From the NCBI GenBank assembly GCA_027482685.1, contig JAIXVU010000003.1, positions 38,065 through 102,064 on the forward strand: a stretch of DNA of 64,000 nucleotides, given 5' to 3'. The translations under genes were made by a program, and so were the position numbers. Source of the DNA: a bacterium (GTDB lineage: Bacteria > Patescibacteriota > Minisyncoccia > Phycocordibacterales > UBA5272). The notes beneath the pieces are model-generated. The model was not told the DNA's origin, did not search any database, and saw only the letters and a list, made by a program, of their open reading frames with translations. Shown here piece by piece: positions 19,195 to 29,375 of the stretch (the first letter of the stretch is position 1; every line of letters starts with the position of its first letter).

Positions 19195-19806
19195 CTATAT
19201 TCTACGAAATGTTAGGTTGATACGAAGTGACTGGACTTTCTTGCTCTTCGGTAACTGGTGTTTCCAATATTTTTGCGTTTGACCACGCATGACAAGAAGC
19301 GATCCATGCTCTAGTTGTACAGAAATAGTCTCTTTAGTTGTTGTATGTCTAAAATCAAAACGTCTTTCTGCTCCGAAACTAACTGACGCGATAGATCTTC
19401 CATCTCCAATGCTTTCTTTATCAGTATGCCAGCCCATACCTTGAGTACCGTCATCGTATATATTCACAAGGCATGAATTATATGTGTCACCTGTTAGTTG
19501 CTCTACAGTATTTTTGATAGCTAGTAATTCCTTAGTCCATGTACGAGGTGTTTTGATTGTTCCTGAGTATGAGTAGGTGATACCAGTGTCTCCATACCAT
19601 GCAACTCTCCGTGACATTGTGATTAGCTTACCGTATAAGAACACTTCTTCATGTTCTCCTTTGATAGTACTAAGGAGCTTCTCTAAATAAACATCAGAGG
19701 TTGCTCTATCATACATACTTCCATAATAGATAACATCTCCATCATGTGCGAGGATTGTACGTGGGAGAATATTTTCATCTATCTTGAAAAATGATTGTAT
19801 GCTCAT
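19195..19806 (-). CDS. alkB: AlkB-family 2OG-Fe(II) dioxygenase (ALKBH2/3-like)
   Basis: NSCLVNIY, GWHTD, KHQLPK, RINLTFR. Confidence 0.92.
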   Translation of the reverse strand: MSIQSFFKIDENILPRTILAHDGDVIYYGSMYDRATSDVYLEKLLSTIKGEHEEVFLYGKLITMSRRVAWYGDTGITYSYSGTIKTPRTWTKELLAIKNTVEQLTGDTYNSCLVNIYDDGTQGMGWHTDKESIGDGRSIASVSFGAERRFDFRHTTTKETISVQLEHGSLLVMRGQTQKYWKHQLPKSKKVQSLRINLTFRRI

Positions 19807-19855
19807 GGTTTTTAGGAGTTTATTTACTATAGCATAGTTTATCCACAGTGGTTCT

Positions 19856-19885
19856 ATTGTACTAGAACAAATGTTCTAGTACAAT
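19856..19885. promoter_or_regulatory. Palindromic bidirectional promoter with central SOS-box-like operator
   Basis: attgtactagaaca-aa-tgttctagtacaat gives TTGTAC-N17-TACAAT on both strands and GAAC-N4-GTTC. Confidence 0.75.
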
Positions 19886-19892
19886 ATATCTC

Positions 19893-20456
19893 ATGAAAGA
19901 CGAACAATTATTATCAACATTCTTCCAAGAGAACAAGCGTATGCCAACGTATGAAGAGATGAAAGACCTCTTCGGAGTTGCCTCTAAGAATACTGTTGCC
20001 TATCGCGTGAACAAATTAGTCGAGAGCGGGTTCTTGCACAAAGATGGCAACAAACTCTCTCTCGCGCAGACTGGATACGTGATGCGATTAGGAACAGTAC
20101 AAGCCGGATTTCCAACTCAAGCAGATGAAAGTGTTGACGTAGAGCTCATGTCACTCGATGACTATCTTATAGAAAAGAAAAGCTCAACATATATGTTAGA
20201 AGTGATGGGCGAATCGATGAAGGATGCAGGAATACTAGAAGGGGATCTCGTCATCGTAGAACGTGGACGGACGCCACGAAGGGGAGATATAGTGCTTGCA
20301 CTCGTTGATCATGAGTACACGCTTAAGTATCTAGAGACAGAAAAAGGAAAGCCTGTACTCGTACCCGCAAATAAAACATTCAAAAAAATCTACCCGAATC
20401 CGAATACTCTAAAAATAGAAGCAGTCTTAAAAGCAGTCATTAGAAAATATCGATAA
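19893..20456 (+). CDS. lexA: LexA-family repressor (wHTH plus S24 peptidase, UmuD-like C-terminal domain)
   Basis: PTYEEMKDLFGVAS HTH, VQAGFP cleavage site, GESM serine, TLK lysine. Confidence 0.8.
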   Translation: MKDEQLLSTFFQENKRMPTYEEMKDLFGVASKNTVAYRVNKLVESGFLHKDGNKLSLAQTGYVMRLGTVQAGFPTQADESVDVELMSLDDYLIEKKSSTYMLEVMGESMKDAGILEGDLVIVERGRTPRRGDIVLALVDHEYTLKYLETEKGKPVLVPANKTFKKIYPNPNTLKIEAVLKAVIRKYR

Positions 20457-20488
20457 CATTAATTATAAAAAATATACTAACAATATCC

Positions 20489-20599
20489 ATGAAATCATAC
20501 ATCATATACAAGTTCTCAAAAGTCCCAGAAGTATCTCCGCTTAAGAAGTGGATGTACATTAGTCGCGTCGGAGACTACACCTCGAGCATCCTCTCATAA
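20489..20599 (+). CDS. Possible 36-aa small protein
   Basis: ATG...TAA ORF MKSYIIYKFSKVPEVSPLKKWMYISRVGDYTSSILS filling the operon gap. Confidence 0.3.
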   Translation: MKSYIIYKFSKVPEVSPLKKWMYISRVGDYTSSILS

Positions 20600-20635
20600 T
20601 TATTAGAAACTACTCAGTATCTACACAACATCACC

Positions 20636-21070
20636 ATGAAATCATCACGCGCTATCATTCGTATCAATCTCTTCAAGAAGCAGAATCCTCACATCACCTA
20701 TAATAAACGTATGTATGCAATCATTCGTCGTTACACACCTGACGTTGTTGAAAGTGGAGTGAATGAATGTCTCGCTGATATCACAGGGCTACGAACATTC
20801 TTCAAAATGAGTTATAAGGAACTTGCTCAGACGATGCTCGATGAGATAGCACGTGAACTTGGGGTTCCGTTTGCAATGCGGGTTGGCAATGAAGAGGAGT
20901 TCGTGGCGCTTCAGGTGAAATCTAAACGAGCAAAGAAACTACAAAGTATTTCAACATACAAGGAAATGAATACTCTATTTCAGAGCCCTTCTATTTCTAC
21001 AAGGAAAATAACTATACACAAAACAAAGAAACAAGCACTCAACATCCCATTCTTGGGTAAAGTGAGATAG
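20636..21070 (+). CDS. Short degenerate Y-family polymerase paralog, probably inactive
   Basis: MYAIIRRYTPDVVESGVNECLADITGL aligns with MFDIVRRYADDVEEYSIDECFADLTGL of the next gene. Confidence 0.7.
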   Translation: MKSSRAIIRINLFKKQNPHITYNKRMYAIIRRYTPDVVESGVNECLADITGLRTFFKMSYKELAQTMLDEIARELGVPFAMRVGNEEEFVALQVKSKRAKKLQSISTYKEMNTLFQSPSISTRKITIHKTKKQALNIPFLGKVR

Positions 21071-21109
21071 CTCTGCATTATCTTGTTCCTCATATGACCT
21101 CTATCTACC

Positions 21110-22354
21110 ATGGAACACAACCCTCTTTGTAATAAAGTACTCCTTCACATGGACGGGGATGCATTTTTCGTTGGAGTAGAACAAGCGAAAAATCCATCAC
21201 TCCGTGGGCTACCTGTCGTAACAGGGGAGGAGCGTGGGATAGCAACAGCAATGTCATATGAAGCCAAAGCTCTCGGTATCGTACGTGGTACACCGATTCA
21301 CAAAATCAAGAAAGAGTACCCACAGGTTATAGTCTTACCAGGAGACTATAAATCATATGCAATATATTCAAAGCAAATGTTTGATATCGTTCGTAGATAC
21401 GCTGATGATGTAGAAGAGTATAGTATAGATGAATGCTTCGCTGATCTCACTGGACTAGAAAAGGTACTTAAGATGACACCGCTTGAAATAGCTACATGTA
21501 TCAAGCGTGAGGTATATGATGAGTTAGGAATATCAGTATCTATAGGAATAGCTCCGACAAAAGTCCTTACCAAAGTTGCATCCAACTGGGTAAAACCTAA
21601 CGGACTTACTGTTATAGATATACACACTATTACACAATTTCTAGCGCATAAGCCTATCGAGAAAATATGGGGTATAGGAAGTAGAACAGCAGGAGCATTA
21701 CAAAAGCTCGGTGTGAGTACCGCTCTTGAGTTCATCAGAAAGGATATACCATGGGTACAAGAACATCTATCCAAACCCTACCAAGTAATCTGGAAAGAAC
21801 TGCAAGGTATCTCTATCATGCACATAGACCCAAACCCCAAGACGGACTATTCATCTATACAGAAGACTCGGACATTTTATCCGCCAACCAATGATATATC
21901 TTTTCTAGTATCACAACTTTCTAAACATCTAGAAGAAGCATGTGCTAAAGCCAGGCATTATAACTTAACTCCGAAAAAGGTATCACTCTTCCTGAAAACC
22001 CAGCAGTTTACGTATATGCATGCATGTATCGTTTTGCCTCACCCGACAAGCATTCCGGAAAGTATCCTCTCATGCATAGAAGATGAATTCAGGGGAATGT
22101 ATAAAAAAGGGACACTCTATCGAGCAACTGGGATAACATTGCATGAGCTATCTAAGGAAGCACCAAAGCAGATGGACTTGTTCGGAGAAAGTGAAAGAGC
22201 AACTAAGTTTGAAGAGATACACAAACATCTAGACACTCTAGAGAATAAACTTGGTAAAAAAGTCGTACACCTAGGCTCTACGCAAGCTGCTCTTACTAGA
22301 AAAGTGCAAGGAACTGATAGTGAGGATATGGACAGACATTTACTATTTCTTTAA
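21110..22354 (+). CDS. dinB: Y-family DNA polymerase (DinB/UmuC-like)
   Basis: HMDGDAFF, SYEAK, SIDE, IWGIG, and beta-clamp motif QMDLF. Confidence 0.92.
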   Translation: MEHNPLCNKVLLHMDGDAFFVGVEQAKNPSLRGLPVVTGEERGIATAMSYEAKALGIVRGTPIHKIKKEYPQVIVLPGDYKSYAIYSKQMFDIVRRYADDVEEYSIDECFADLTGLEKVLKMTPLEIATCIKREVYDELGISVSIGIAPTKVLTKVASNWVKPNGLTVIDIHTITQFLAHKPIEKIWGIGSRTAGALQKLGVSTALEFIRKDIPWVQEHLSKPYQVIWKELQGISIMHIDPNPKTDYSSIQKTRTFYPPTNDISFLVSQLSKHLEEACAKARHYNLTPKKVSLFLKTQQFTYMHACIVLPHPTSIPESILSCIEDEFRGMYKKGTLYRATGITLHELSKEAPKQMDLFGESERATKFEEIHKHLDTLENKLGKKVVHLGSTQAALTRKVQGTDSEDMDRHLLFL

Positions 22355-22390
22355 ACTATCGCAAAATAAGTGAGTGGTATACTATCTCGT

Positions 22391-22939
22391 ATGAAAATTA
22401 CTATTTACACTGACGGATCAAGTAGAGGAAATCCTGGACCTGGGGGGTGGGGTGCGATTCTTTTAGTAGAAAGTAATAAGCAGAACGCACATGGTGAGAC
22501 TACTAATAGTGATATAACACACGATGAAGTTATTGAACTTGGTGGTCGCGAAGAGATGACAACGAATAACCGCATGGAACTATCTGGAGCGCTATTTGGA
22601 TTACGTGAGATAGAAGGCAAAGGAGTGAAGTATGTGGAAGTCTGCACTGATAGTCAGTATGTAAAGAAAGGAATGACGGAATGGATTGATGGGTGGATCA
22701 AACGCGGATGGAAAGGCTCGACTAAACAGCCAGTACTTAACCAAGACCTTTGGCAAGCGCTCAAAGATGAAGAAGATAGACTAAAGGCACACGGAGTACA
22801 CGTAACATGGAAGTACGTCCCAGGTCATGCCGGAGTGGTTATGAATGAACGAGCAGATGTAATAGCAACGTCCGCTGCTCTTGCAAGTAACTTGCAATTA
22901 TATCGTGGGCCGAAGAACGACTACCCGGCTCTCTTTTAG
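22391..22939 (+). CDS. rnhA: Ribonuclease HI
   Basis: YTDGSSRGNPGPGG, TTNNRMEL, TDSQYV, GHAG...NERAD. Confidence 0.96.
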   Translation: MKITIYTDGSSRGNPGPGGWGAILLVESNKQNAHGETTNSDITHDEVIELGGREEMTTNNRMELSGALFGLREIEGKGVKYVEVCTDSQYVKKGMTEWIDGWIKRGWKGSTKQPVLNQDLWQALKDEEDRLKAHGVHVTWKYVPGHAGVVMNERADVIATSAALASNLQLYRGPKNDYPALF

Positions 22940-23016
22940 TATCATCTCATACTCTAAGCTCTGGTTGGAGGAATGTGCTTTTGTGTGTTAGTGTTGTGCT
23001 ATTACGAGGTTAGACC

Positions 23017-24602
23017 ATGAAGATACATATCTATACAGTTATCGGAGTTCTCGCAACGTTACTTGGTATCACATTCGGGTATACAAGTAGGTATGTAAGC
23101 GAGGGGATTGTGATAGCTCTTCTCATTGCGTGTATACAAGTAGTCTTGATTGGTATCCACTATTTTTTGTAACAAGAAAAAATCCATCACCTCAACCATC
23201 ATCAGATGTCTCTACAATGCATGATGAAGAAAAGAATTCACAAAGTAGACGTTCGATTCTTCTTGTTCCATTACTTATCTTTTCTCTTGGTATCGCACTC
23301 GGTGCTTTACGTGTACAGATGAGTGCAGAGAAAGTAGCATATCTATGTAAATCAGCGTGTACGTTTACTGCTACGATAGTAAGCTCTCCTGAGAGTAAGG
23401 ATGAGTATCAGACATTTGTCATTCGACCAGAAGATAGAGATGAGAGTACACACGACATACTTGTGCGTGTACCGCTTTATCCACGGTACGATGTTGGTTC
23501 AACGATTAGCATTACCGGTATAGTACGTGAGCCAACAAAGATACTTCCTCATAACGGAGGACAAGCATTTGACTATGCATCATACCTTGCAACGAAGAGT
23601 ATAGGAAGTGTTGTATATTATCCGCGTATAGAGATACTAGACGGTGATGCACATGATGTACCTTCACTCCTAATCAGATGGAAAGACGATCTTGTGTCGC
23701 GTATCAATATGTATGTTGGACAGCCAGCATCATCGCTTGCAAGTGGGATGTTATTCGGAGCATCATCCCTTACCAAAGAACTACAACAAACATTTCGTGT
23801 CGCGGGGCTATCACACATCATCGTACTCTCTGGATTTAATATCGCAATTGTCATCTCGTCTATTTTATTTGTATTCGCATTTTTACCGCTTGTGCTTAGA
23901 GTTATACTTGCGTCATTTTCGGTGATACTTTTTGTCATTATGGTAGGTGCAGAGCCAAGCGTGGTACGAGCGACACTCATGGTATTTGTATCACTTGTTG
24001 CATTACTTCTTGGACGAACGTATGTCTCTCGTCAAGCGCTCATGTTGTCGCTTTTTGCTATTGTCATGTACTCACCTGAGTCGTTACTTCATGATGTATC
24101 GCTTCATCTCTCATTTCTTGCAACTGCCGGTATTGTGTACATGACGGATATATTTGATGAACTATTTACTAAGGTACACAGTCAGTTAATTCGTAGCACA
24201 CTTGCTACAACACTCGCGGCATACATTGCAACCACTCCGTATATCATGCACACGTTTGGAATGTTTTCTCTCTACTCGCTTATAAGCAACGTGCTTGTTG
24301 TGCCGCTTGTTCCACTTGCGATGCTTTTGTCTTTTACAGTTGTTGTTTTGTCTTATATTGGAGAGACTCTTGCATATATAGTTGGGTATCTTAACACACT
24401 ATTAATAGATATCATGATATTTGTCGCAAAGGGTATCGCATGGTTACCATATTCATCACTTACCATATCAATTTCTTATCTCGGAATGATATCTATGTAT
24501 ATTGTAATCATTATTATTGTAGCGTTTCTCACTAGAAAAAAGATTGATGAAACAGTGGTTACAAAAGAAGGAGTAGTAATAAGTGGCATAATGAAGTATT
24601 AG
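23017..24602 (+). CDS. comEC: ComEC/Rec2 competence channel (OB plus competence domain), frameshifted at a T6 run near 23163-23168
   Basis: GLSHIIVLSGFNI, PSVVRA, LSFLAT motifs; an upstream 51-aa TM ORF (23017-23172) joins in frame with one extra T. Confidence 0.85.
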
Positions 24603-24677
24603 GTATGAGAAATACATGTAGTGCGCACCTCATTACGTTTCATGTAAAAAGTTTTCTATTAAATGACGATGCTTGGA

Positions 24678-25247
24678 TTATAACTTCTTTGCGATAGCTT
24701 TGTATGCAAAGAACATCACAATAAGTCCGATACATAGTGATACTGCGGTAAATGAGGTGAGTGTAATATTTTTTCCAAAGTAGTACCCAAGTGATGTGAT
24801 ACCTATCGCCCAGATGGTGGAAGCAAGCAAGAAGATAACAGATGTGATTTTTGTTTTTGTATTAGCAAGACCTGCAACTATCGGAATGAATGCTTTTATA
24901 GATGGAACAAGTTTGCCAATGAATATATACCATAGGCCACGACGAGTAAATGTCGCATGAAGTGCAGAGTGGACTTTCGTGAAGGTTGTTTCATCCATCA
25001 TCAATATTTTACGAGCAAACGGCTTGTCATATTTTTTTACTAACATAAATGTAATGATGTTACCGATGGCATTACCAAGAGCTCCTGCGATAATGGTCGG
25101 AATAAAAAGTAATGATCCAGTCGATACGAAGTATCCTGCAATAAGATACAGTAACTGCGATGATGGGAAGTTCGCAACACCATTACTTATCATGAGTAAA
25201 AAAATTCCAATGTAAGAAAATGAAGTGATGAAGTTAGAGAGGTCCAT
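24678..25247 (-). CDS. DedA/VTT family membrane protein
   Basis: FPSSQLLYLIAG, GKLVPSIKAFIPIVAG, LGYYFG. Confidence 0.85.
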   Translation of the reverse strand: MDLSNFITSFSYIGIFLLMISNGVANFPSSQLLYLIAGYFVSTGSLLFIPTIIAGALGNAIGNIITFMLVKKYDKPFARKILMMDETTFTKVHSALHATFTRRGLWYIFIGKLVPSIKAFIPIVAGLANTKTKITSVIFLLASTIWAIGITSLGYYFGKNITLTSFTAVSLCIGLIVMFFAYKAIAKKL

Positions 25248-25409
25248 AGAAAGAAATTGATGATGATAGATGGTCTAAGTATATAGTGTTGAAGATAGAG
25301 ATGCTACTAACGAATACATGTGGGAACAAGATGCAAAGTGACATCAAAAGTGATAGGATTCCAGATTATGAAAGCAAGACGAAACATGGTTCTAGAGTTT
25401 AGAGAAATC

Positions 25410-26270
25410 ATGAAAGAGTATGGACGTGTTATTGCCGTCTCTGTATCACTTTGTCTTCTTATTGCTCTATGTATTTATGTAGCGTTACATACGTCTACAC
25501 GAGAGTTGCGTATTTCATTTCTTGATGTTGGTCAGGGAGACGCGATACTCATACAGACGCCAAGCGGTAAAGACATGCTCATTGATGGTGGAGGAACTGA
25601 TGTAGTGCTCGAGAGGTTATCAGAGCAAGTATCATTTTTTGATCACACTCTTGATGTGATTGTTGCAACACATCCAGATGCTGATCATGTGACAGGGCTG
25701 ATTCCTGTTTTGAAAAAATACGAAGTTAAAAAAGTTATCATGTCTCCTCGAGATGGTGACACGGGAATATTTGCAGACCTCGATAAACATATTGATGGAG
25801 AGAAGACCGAGGTGCATGTGGCACGAACGGGAGACATGATAGATTTTGGTGACGGAGTAACTGCGTGGATTTTATTTCCACCAACTAACTACGATGTGCG
25901 AAGTGAAGATACAAATGATGCATCAGTAAGTATGTTGGTAACATATGGCGAGCATACTTTTTTATTAACTGGTGATCTACCGACAGTATATGAAGGCAAG
26001 CTCATCAGCAGAGAGTTACCGCGTAACATCACTGTCTACAAAGCTGGGCATCATGGGAGCAAGTACAGTAGCGGTGATCAACTGCTCTCGTATACTCGTC
26101 CGGAGTACGCGGTGATAAGCGCAGGCAAAGATAACAAGTACGGACATCCGAACCCTGAAGCGCTCGAGAGATTACAAAAATATGCAAAAGAGATTCTCTC
26201 AACTATTGATAGAGGAACGATTACATTTATAAGTGATGGAAGAGTATTAGAAGTAGAAACAAGTAAGTAG
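25410..26270 (+). CDS. ComEC-type metallo-beta-lactamase domain protein
   Basis: LDVGQGD, THPDADH, LLTGD, HHGS, YGHP; start uncertain. Confidence 0.9.
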   Translation: MKEYGRVIAVSVSLCLLIALCIYVALHTSTRELRISFLDVGQGDAILIQTPSGKDMLIDGGGTDVVLERLSEQVSFFDHTLDVIVATHPDADHVTGLIPVLKKYEVKKVIMSPRDGDTGIFADLDKHIDGEKTEVHVARTGDMIDFGDGVTAWILFPPTNYDVRSEDTNDASVSMLVTYGEHTFLLTGDLPTVYEGKLISRELPRNITVYKAGHHGSKYSSGDQLLSYTRPEYAVISAGKDNKYGHPNPEALERLQKYAKEILSTIDRGTITFISDGRVLEVETSK

Positions 26271-26292
26271 ACAAGATGCGAACCAGTTGCAA

Positions 26293-26877
26293 TTACTTAG
26301 GAATTCCAAAATATACAAGAAGGTTCTTTTTACCAGAAATAGCGAGAGCGATAGAGCGCATACATCCATCATCTATGTCACCTTTCATTTTTCTTTTTAA
26401 TCTTTTTCTACCTTGGGTGCCAGTATCAGTTTTAAAAACAATCGGGTAAAGATATTTTTCTCCTTGTTCCAAGTGTTTAGAAATTTTTAAAATTCCTGGA
26501 ATTGCATGCTTCGGTCGTTTGCTTAGAAATTTTGATTTTCTAGCGAAAGCTTTTTTAACACGCTCTGCTGTTTCTGATAGTGATCCATTAGTCCACCTTA
26601 GTGGAAGCTCTCCAGCTTTAGACCATACACCAAGCTCGATGGGGTTCATCTCTGCCAGAAACCAATTACTATTGTTGTAAGAATTTCTTCGTTTCAACCA
26701 GTCAGGGCTAATATGCTTATCAATCTCATCGTTCTTTAGAGGAATTACACTCTTTTTCGCTTTGGTAAGTTTAGACTCAAAATCTTGTTCAATGTTTATC
26801 TTTGGAAAGGTTGTATTTTTACCGCGTTTCATCTTAGCGATTCTGTCTGAAATTACAAATATTCTTTTAACTTCCAA
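26293..26877 (-). CDS. Hypothetical basic protein
   Basis: 194-aa ORF; IDDGCMR motif near C-terminus; start uncertain. Confidence 0.65.
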   Translation of the reverse strand: MEVKRIFVISDRIAKMKRGKNTTFPKINIEQDFESKLTKAKKSVIPLKNDEIDKHISPDWLKRRNSYNNSNWFLAEMNPIELGVWSKAGELPLRWTNGSLSETAERVKKAFARKSKFLSKRPKHAIPGILKISKHLEQGEKYLYPIVFKTDTGTQGRKRLKRKMKGDIDDGCMRSIALAISGKKNLLVYFGIPK

Positions 26878-26940
26878 AGCTTATGTGTGCAATTTATTCA
26901 AAAGCGCGATTCCGAAGGAATCACGCTTTTGATATCTGGA

Positions 26941-27144
26941 TTAGAGTTTAATCTGAAGATGTAGACCACGTTTCATGCAGCTAGTGCAGATCTTCACTCT
27001 CGGACCATTAGGGATACGTGCCCACTGGAGGTTAGGGTAGACACGACGATCGCCTGCTGGGTTGAACTTGGTAGCACGAACAGAGTTGCTATACTTTCCA
27101 ACAACTTTCGAGCCTTTATCGCAGAGTGGACATGTTTTTGCCAT
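26941..27144 (-). CDS. rpmB: 50S ribosomal protein L28
   Basis: CPLCDK, YPNLQ, KICTSC. Confidence 0.9.
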   Translation of the reverse strand: MAKTCPLCDKGSKVVGKYSNSVRATKFNPAGDRRVYPNLQWARIPNGPRVKICTSCMKRGLHLQIKL

Positions 27145-27348
27145 AGGGGTAGATAATTAGGATTTAGGGACTAGGCGGGTAGGACTTTTTCAAGAACTGT
27201 TAGCTTTGTCGAATGTGTGTAATCTTAACACCTTTTCTATGTTTTTGCAAACTTTTAAGCAGGCAGGATAGAGGTAGGCGTAAATGTTTAATGATTTCTA
27301 GCCCCTAGTCTCTAAATATCTAACCCCTAGTTATGGTATTATAGTTTC

Positions 27349-27966
27349 ATGCTAGAAAATGCAAGCGTTTTACAGACCGCGTTTCCAATAATTGTTGCGC
27401 TTTTTTCTATTATTCTCCATGAGATAGCTCACGGCTATGCTGCGTATGTACAAGGGGATAAAACTGCATACTATGCAGGAAGACTAACACTTAACCCAGT
27501 CCCTCATATTGATATGATTGGATCTGTTATCGTACCGTTGGTTGCGTTTTTCACGGCTGGGACATTTTTCGGTTGGGCAAAGCCTGTTCCGTATAACATA
27601 CACGTGATACGGACTCGACTTGGAGAGGTGTTTGTTGCGGCAGCAGGAGTGCTCACTAATCTCCTCCTTGCTGTTGTGGCACTGGTAGCAATAAAAATTT
27701 TAGCACTACAAGGAGCACTCACACAGCCTCTACTTGAAGCGTTGTTCACGATACTTTCTATCAATATCTCACTGGCTGTCTTTAATCTCATCCCTATCCC
27801 ACCGTTTGATGGAATGGCTATATTACAAGGGATTTTTCCAAGACTTAAAATGAAAACCACAGCATTTTTCAATCCGGTGTATCTTATCGGTGCGATACTT
27901 ATTGCATCTGTCCTTTATTCTCAAATCATGCCGTATATACGAGCGGGAGTTATGGCGTTGTTATAA
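27349..27966 (+). CDS. Site-2 protease (M50) family protein
   Basis: HEIAH, GRLTLNP, NLIPIPPFDG. Confidence 0.92.
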   Translation: MLENASVLQTAFPIIVALFSIILHEIAHGYAAYVQGDKTAYYAGRLTLNPVPHIDMIGSVIVPLVAFFTAGTFFGWAKPVPYNIHVIRTRLGEVFVAAAGVLTNLLLAVVALVAIKILALQGALTQPLLEALFTILSINISLAVFNLIPIPPFDGMAILQGIFPRLKMKTTAFFNPVYLIGAILIASVLYSQIMPYIRAGVMALL

Positions 27967-28087
27967 AAGTCATAAAAATTTTTACAATAAACTTGTCCAC
28001 ATTTTGTCTCCTTGTTGTCTTTTATTATTGTCCTTTTAGGTATACACTACGTATGTAGTTATTTCAGCAGTATTTTTGTATACACTA

Positions 28088-28645
28088 ATGAAAAAGTCCT
28101 CTCAAGTAAAATCACAAACACAAGGGGTAAAAGTTCCTGTTAAACGAATTAGTACAACAAGGGCTTCTTCTGCTAACACCGTTGCTAAAAGAACTGTGTC
28201 TGCAAAAAAAACCCTTGCAAGAAAACCTTCCCATACCTCTCCTCTTAAAATAGCAACCTCTGGTGTAAAAAAACTAGGTAAACGTGCATTGAAAAGTATC
28301 TTACTTTCTCCAACTACAGAATCAGCTGTTAAGGTTTTTACAGTAACTCTGCTTCTTGCTGGACTTTTCTATGGAGGATATTCAGTAGCAAGCACTAAGT
28401 TTGGTGGTGATGTTGTGATATCAAAGTCTGAGATACTTGCACGTGTCGGAAGAGTTACCAATCTTCCAGAAGGTAAGCCTGAGGCAATTGTCCGCGTACA
28501 AGATCCGGAGTCGCTTAAGAAACAAAATCCATTTTACTCAAATGTTAGCGAGGGGGATTATATTGTCATGTATCCAACACTTGCCATAGTATATAGTCTC
28601 AAAAACGATAGAATTGTTTCATTAAAAAAAATAAAGACAGAGTAA
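28088..28645 (+). CDS. Hypothetical membrane-anchored protein with basic N-terminus
   Basis: K/S-rich region, one TM helix, conserved-looking QNPFY...GD domain. Confidence 0.7.
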   Translation: MKKSSQVKSQTQGVKVPVKRISTTRASSANTVAKRTVSAKKTLARKPSHTSPLKIATSGVKKLGKRALKSILLSPTTESAVKVFTVTLLLAGLFYGGYSVASTKFGGDVVISKSEILARVGRVTNLPEGKPEAIVRVQDPESLKKQNPFYSNVSEGDYIVMYPTLAIVYSLKNDRIVSLKKIKTE

Positions 28646-28801
28646 AATACACTAAGAAGTATAGCTAATGGGATATAGGGTTTTCCATAGTTACACTATA
28701 GACACTTACGAGATACCTGAAAAAAGCACGCACTGAACTTGCATAATAGTGCCTCATTTGGTAGGATGTGTCTACTATTCTATATTTTCAGTTCGATATT
28801 T

Positions 28802-29236
28802 ATGCCAACCATTAGTCAACTTATTAAGAAGCCTCGCGCAAAAGTGATTCGTAAGTCACGCTCTATAGCTATGACGCGAGGATTCAATGCTATTCAGAAT
28901 AAGCCTAATTTTTATGATTCGCCATTTAAGCGTGGTGTATGTATCAAGGTAACAACAACAACCCCAAAGAAGCCTAACTCTGCGCTTCGAAAGATTGCTC
29001 GTGTTCGCCTTACTAACGGTATGGAAGTAACAGCATACATTCCTGGTGAAGGGCACAAGCTACAAGAGCACTCAGTGGTAGTACTTCGTGGCGGACGTGT
29101 GAAGGATCTAGCAGGAGTACGTTACCATATCGTTCGCGGACGCATGGATGCAACACCAGTTGATAAGCGCCGACAGGGACGATCTCTCTATGGAGCAAAG
29201 CGACCTAAGGCAGGAGCAGCAGCACCTAAGAAGTAA
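28802..29236 (+). CDS. rpsL: 30S ribosomal protein S12
   Basis: [24 protein letters not shown]. Confidence 0.98.
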   Translation: MPTISQLIKKPRAKVIRKSRSIAMTRGFNAIQNKPNFYDSPFKRGVCIKVTTTTPKKPNSALRKIARVRLTNGMEVTAYIPGEGHKLQEHSVVVLRGGRVKDLAGVRYHIVRGRMDATPVDKRRQGRSLYGAKRPKAGAAAPKK

Positions 29237-29375
29237 TCTATTTGTTTACCTGCTTTGCTTAAAGAGCGACCTCTTCGGGGTGGCTCTTTAAATTTGTAAA
29301 TATATCAACATGTTTCAATTTGTTCACAAAAAACTTGCAATTTTAGAGAGAGATACTTAAAGGTGTGTTTTAAAA

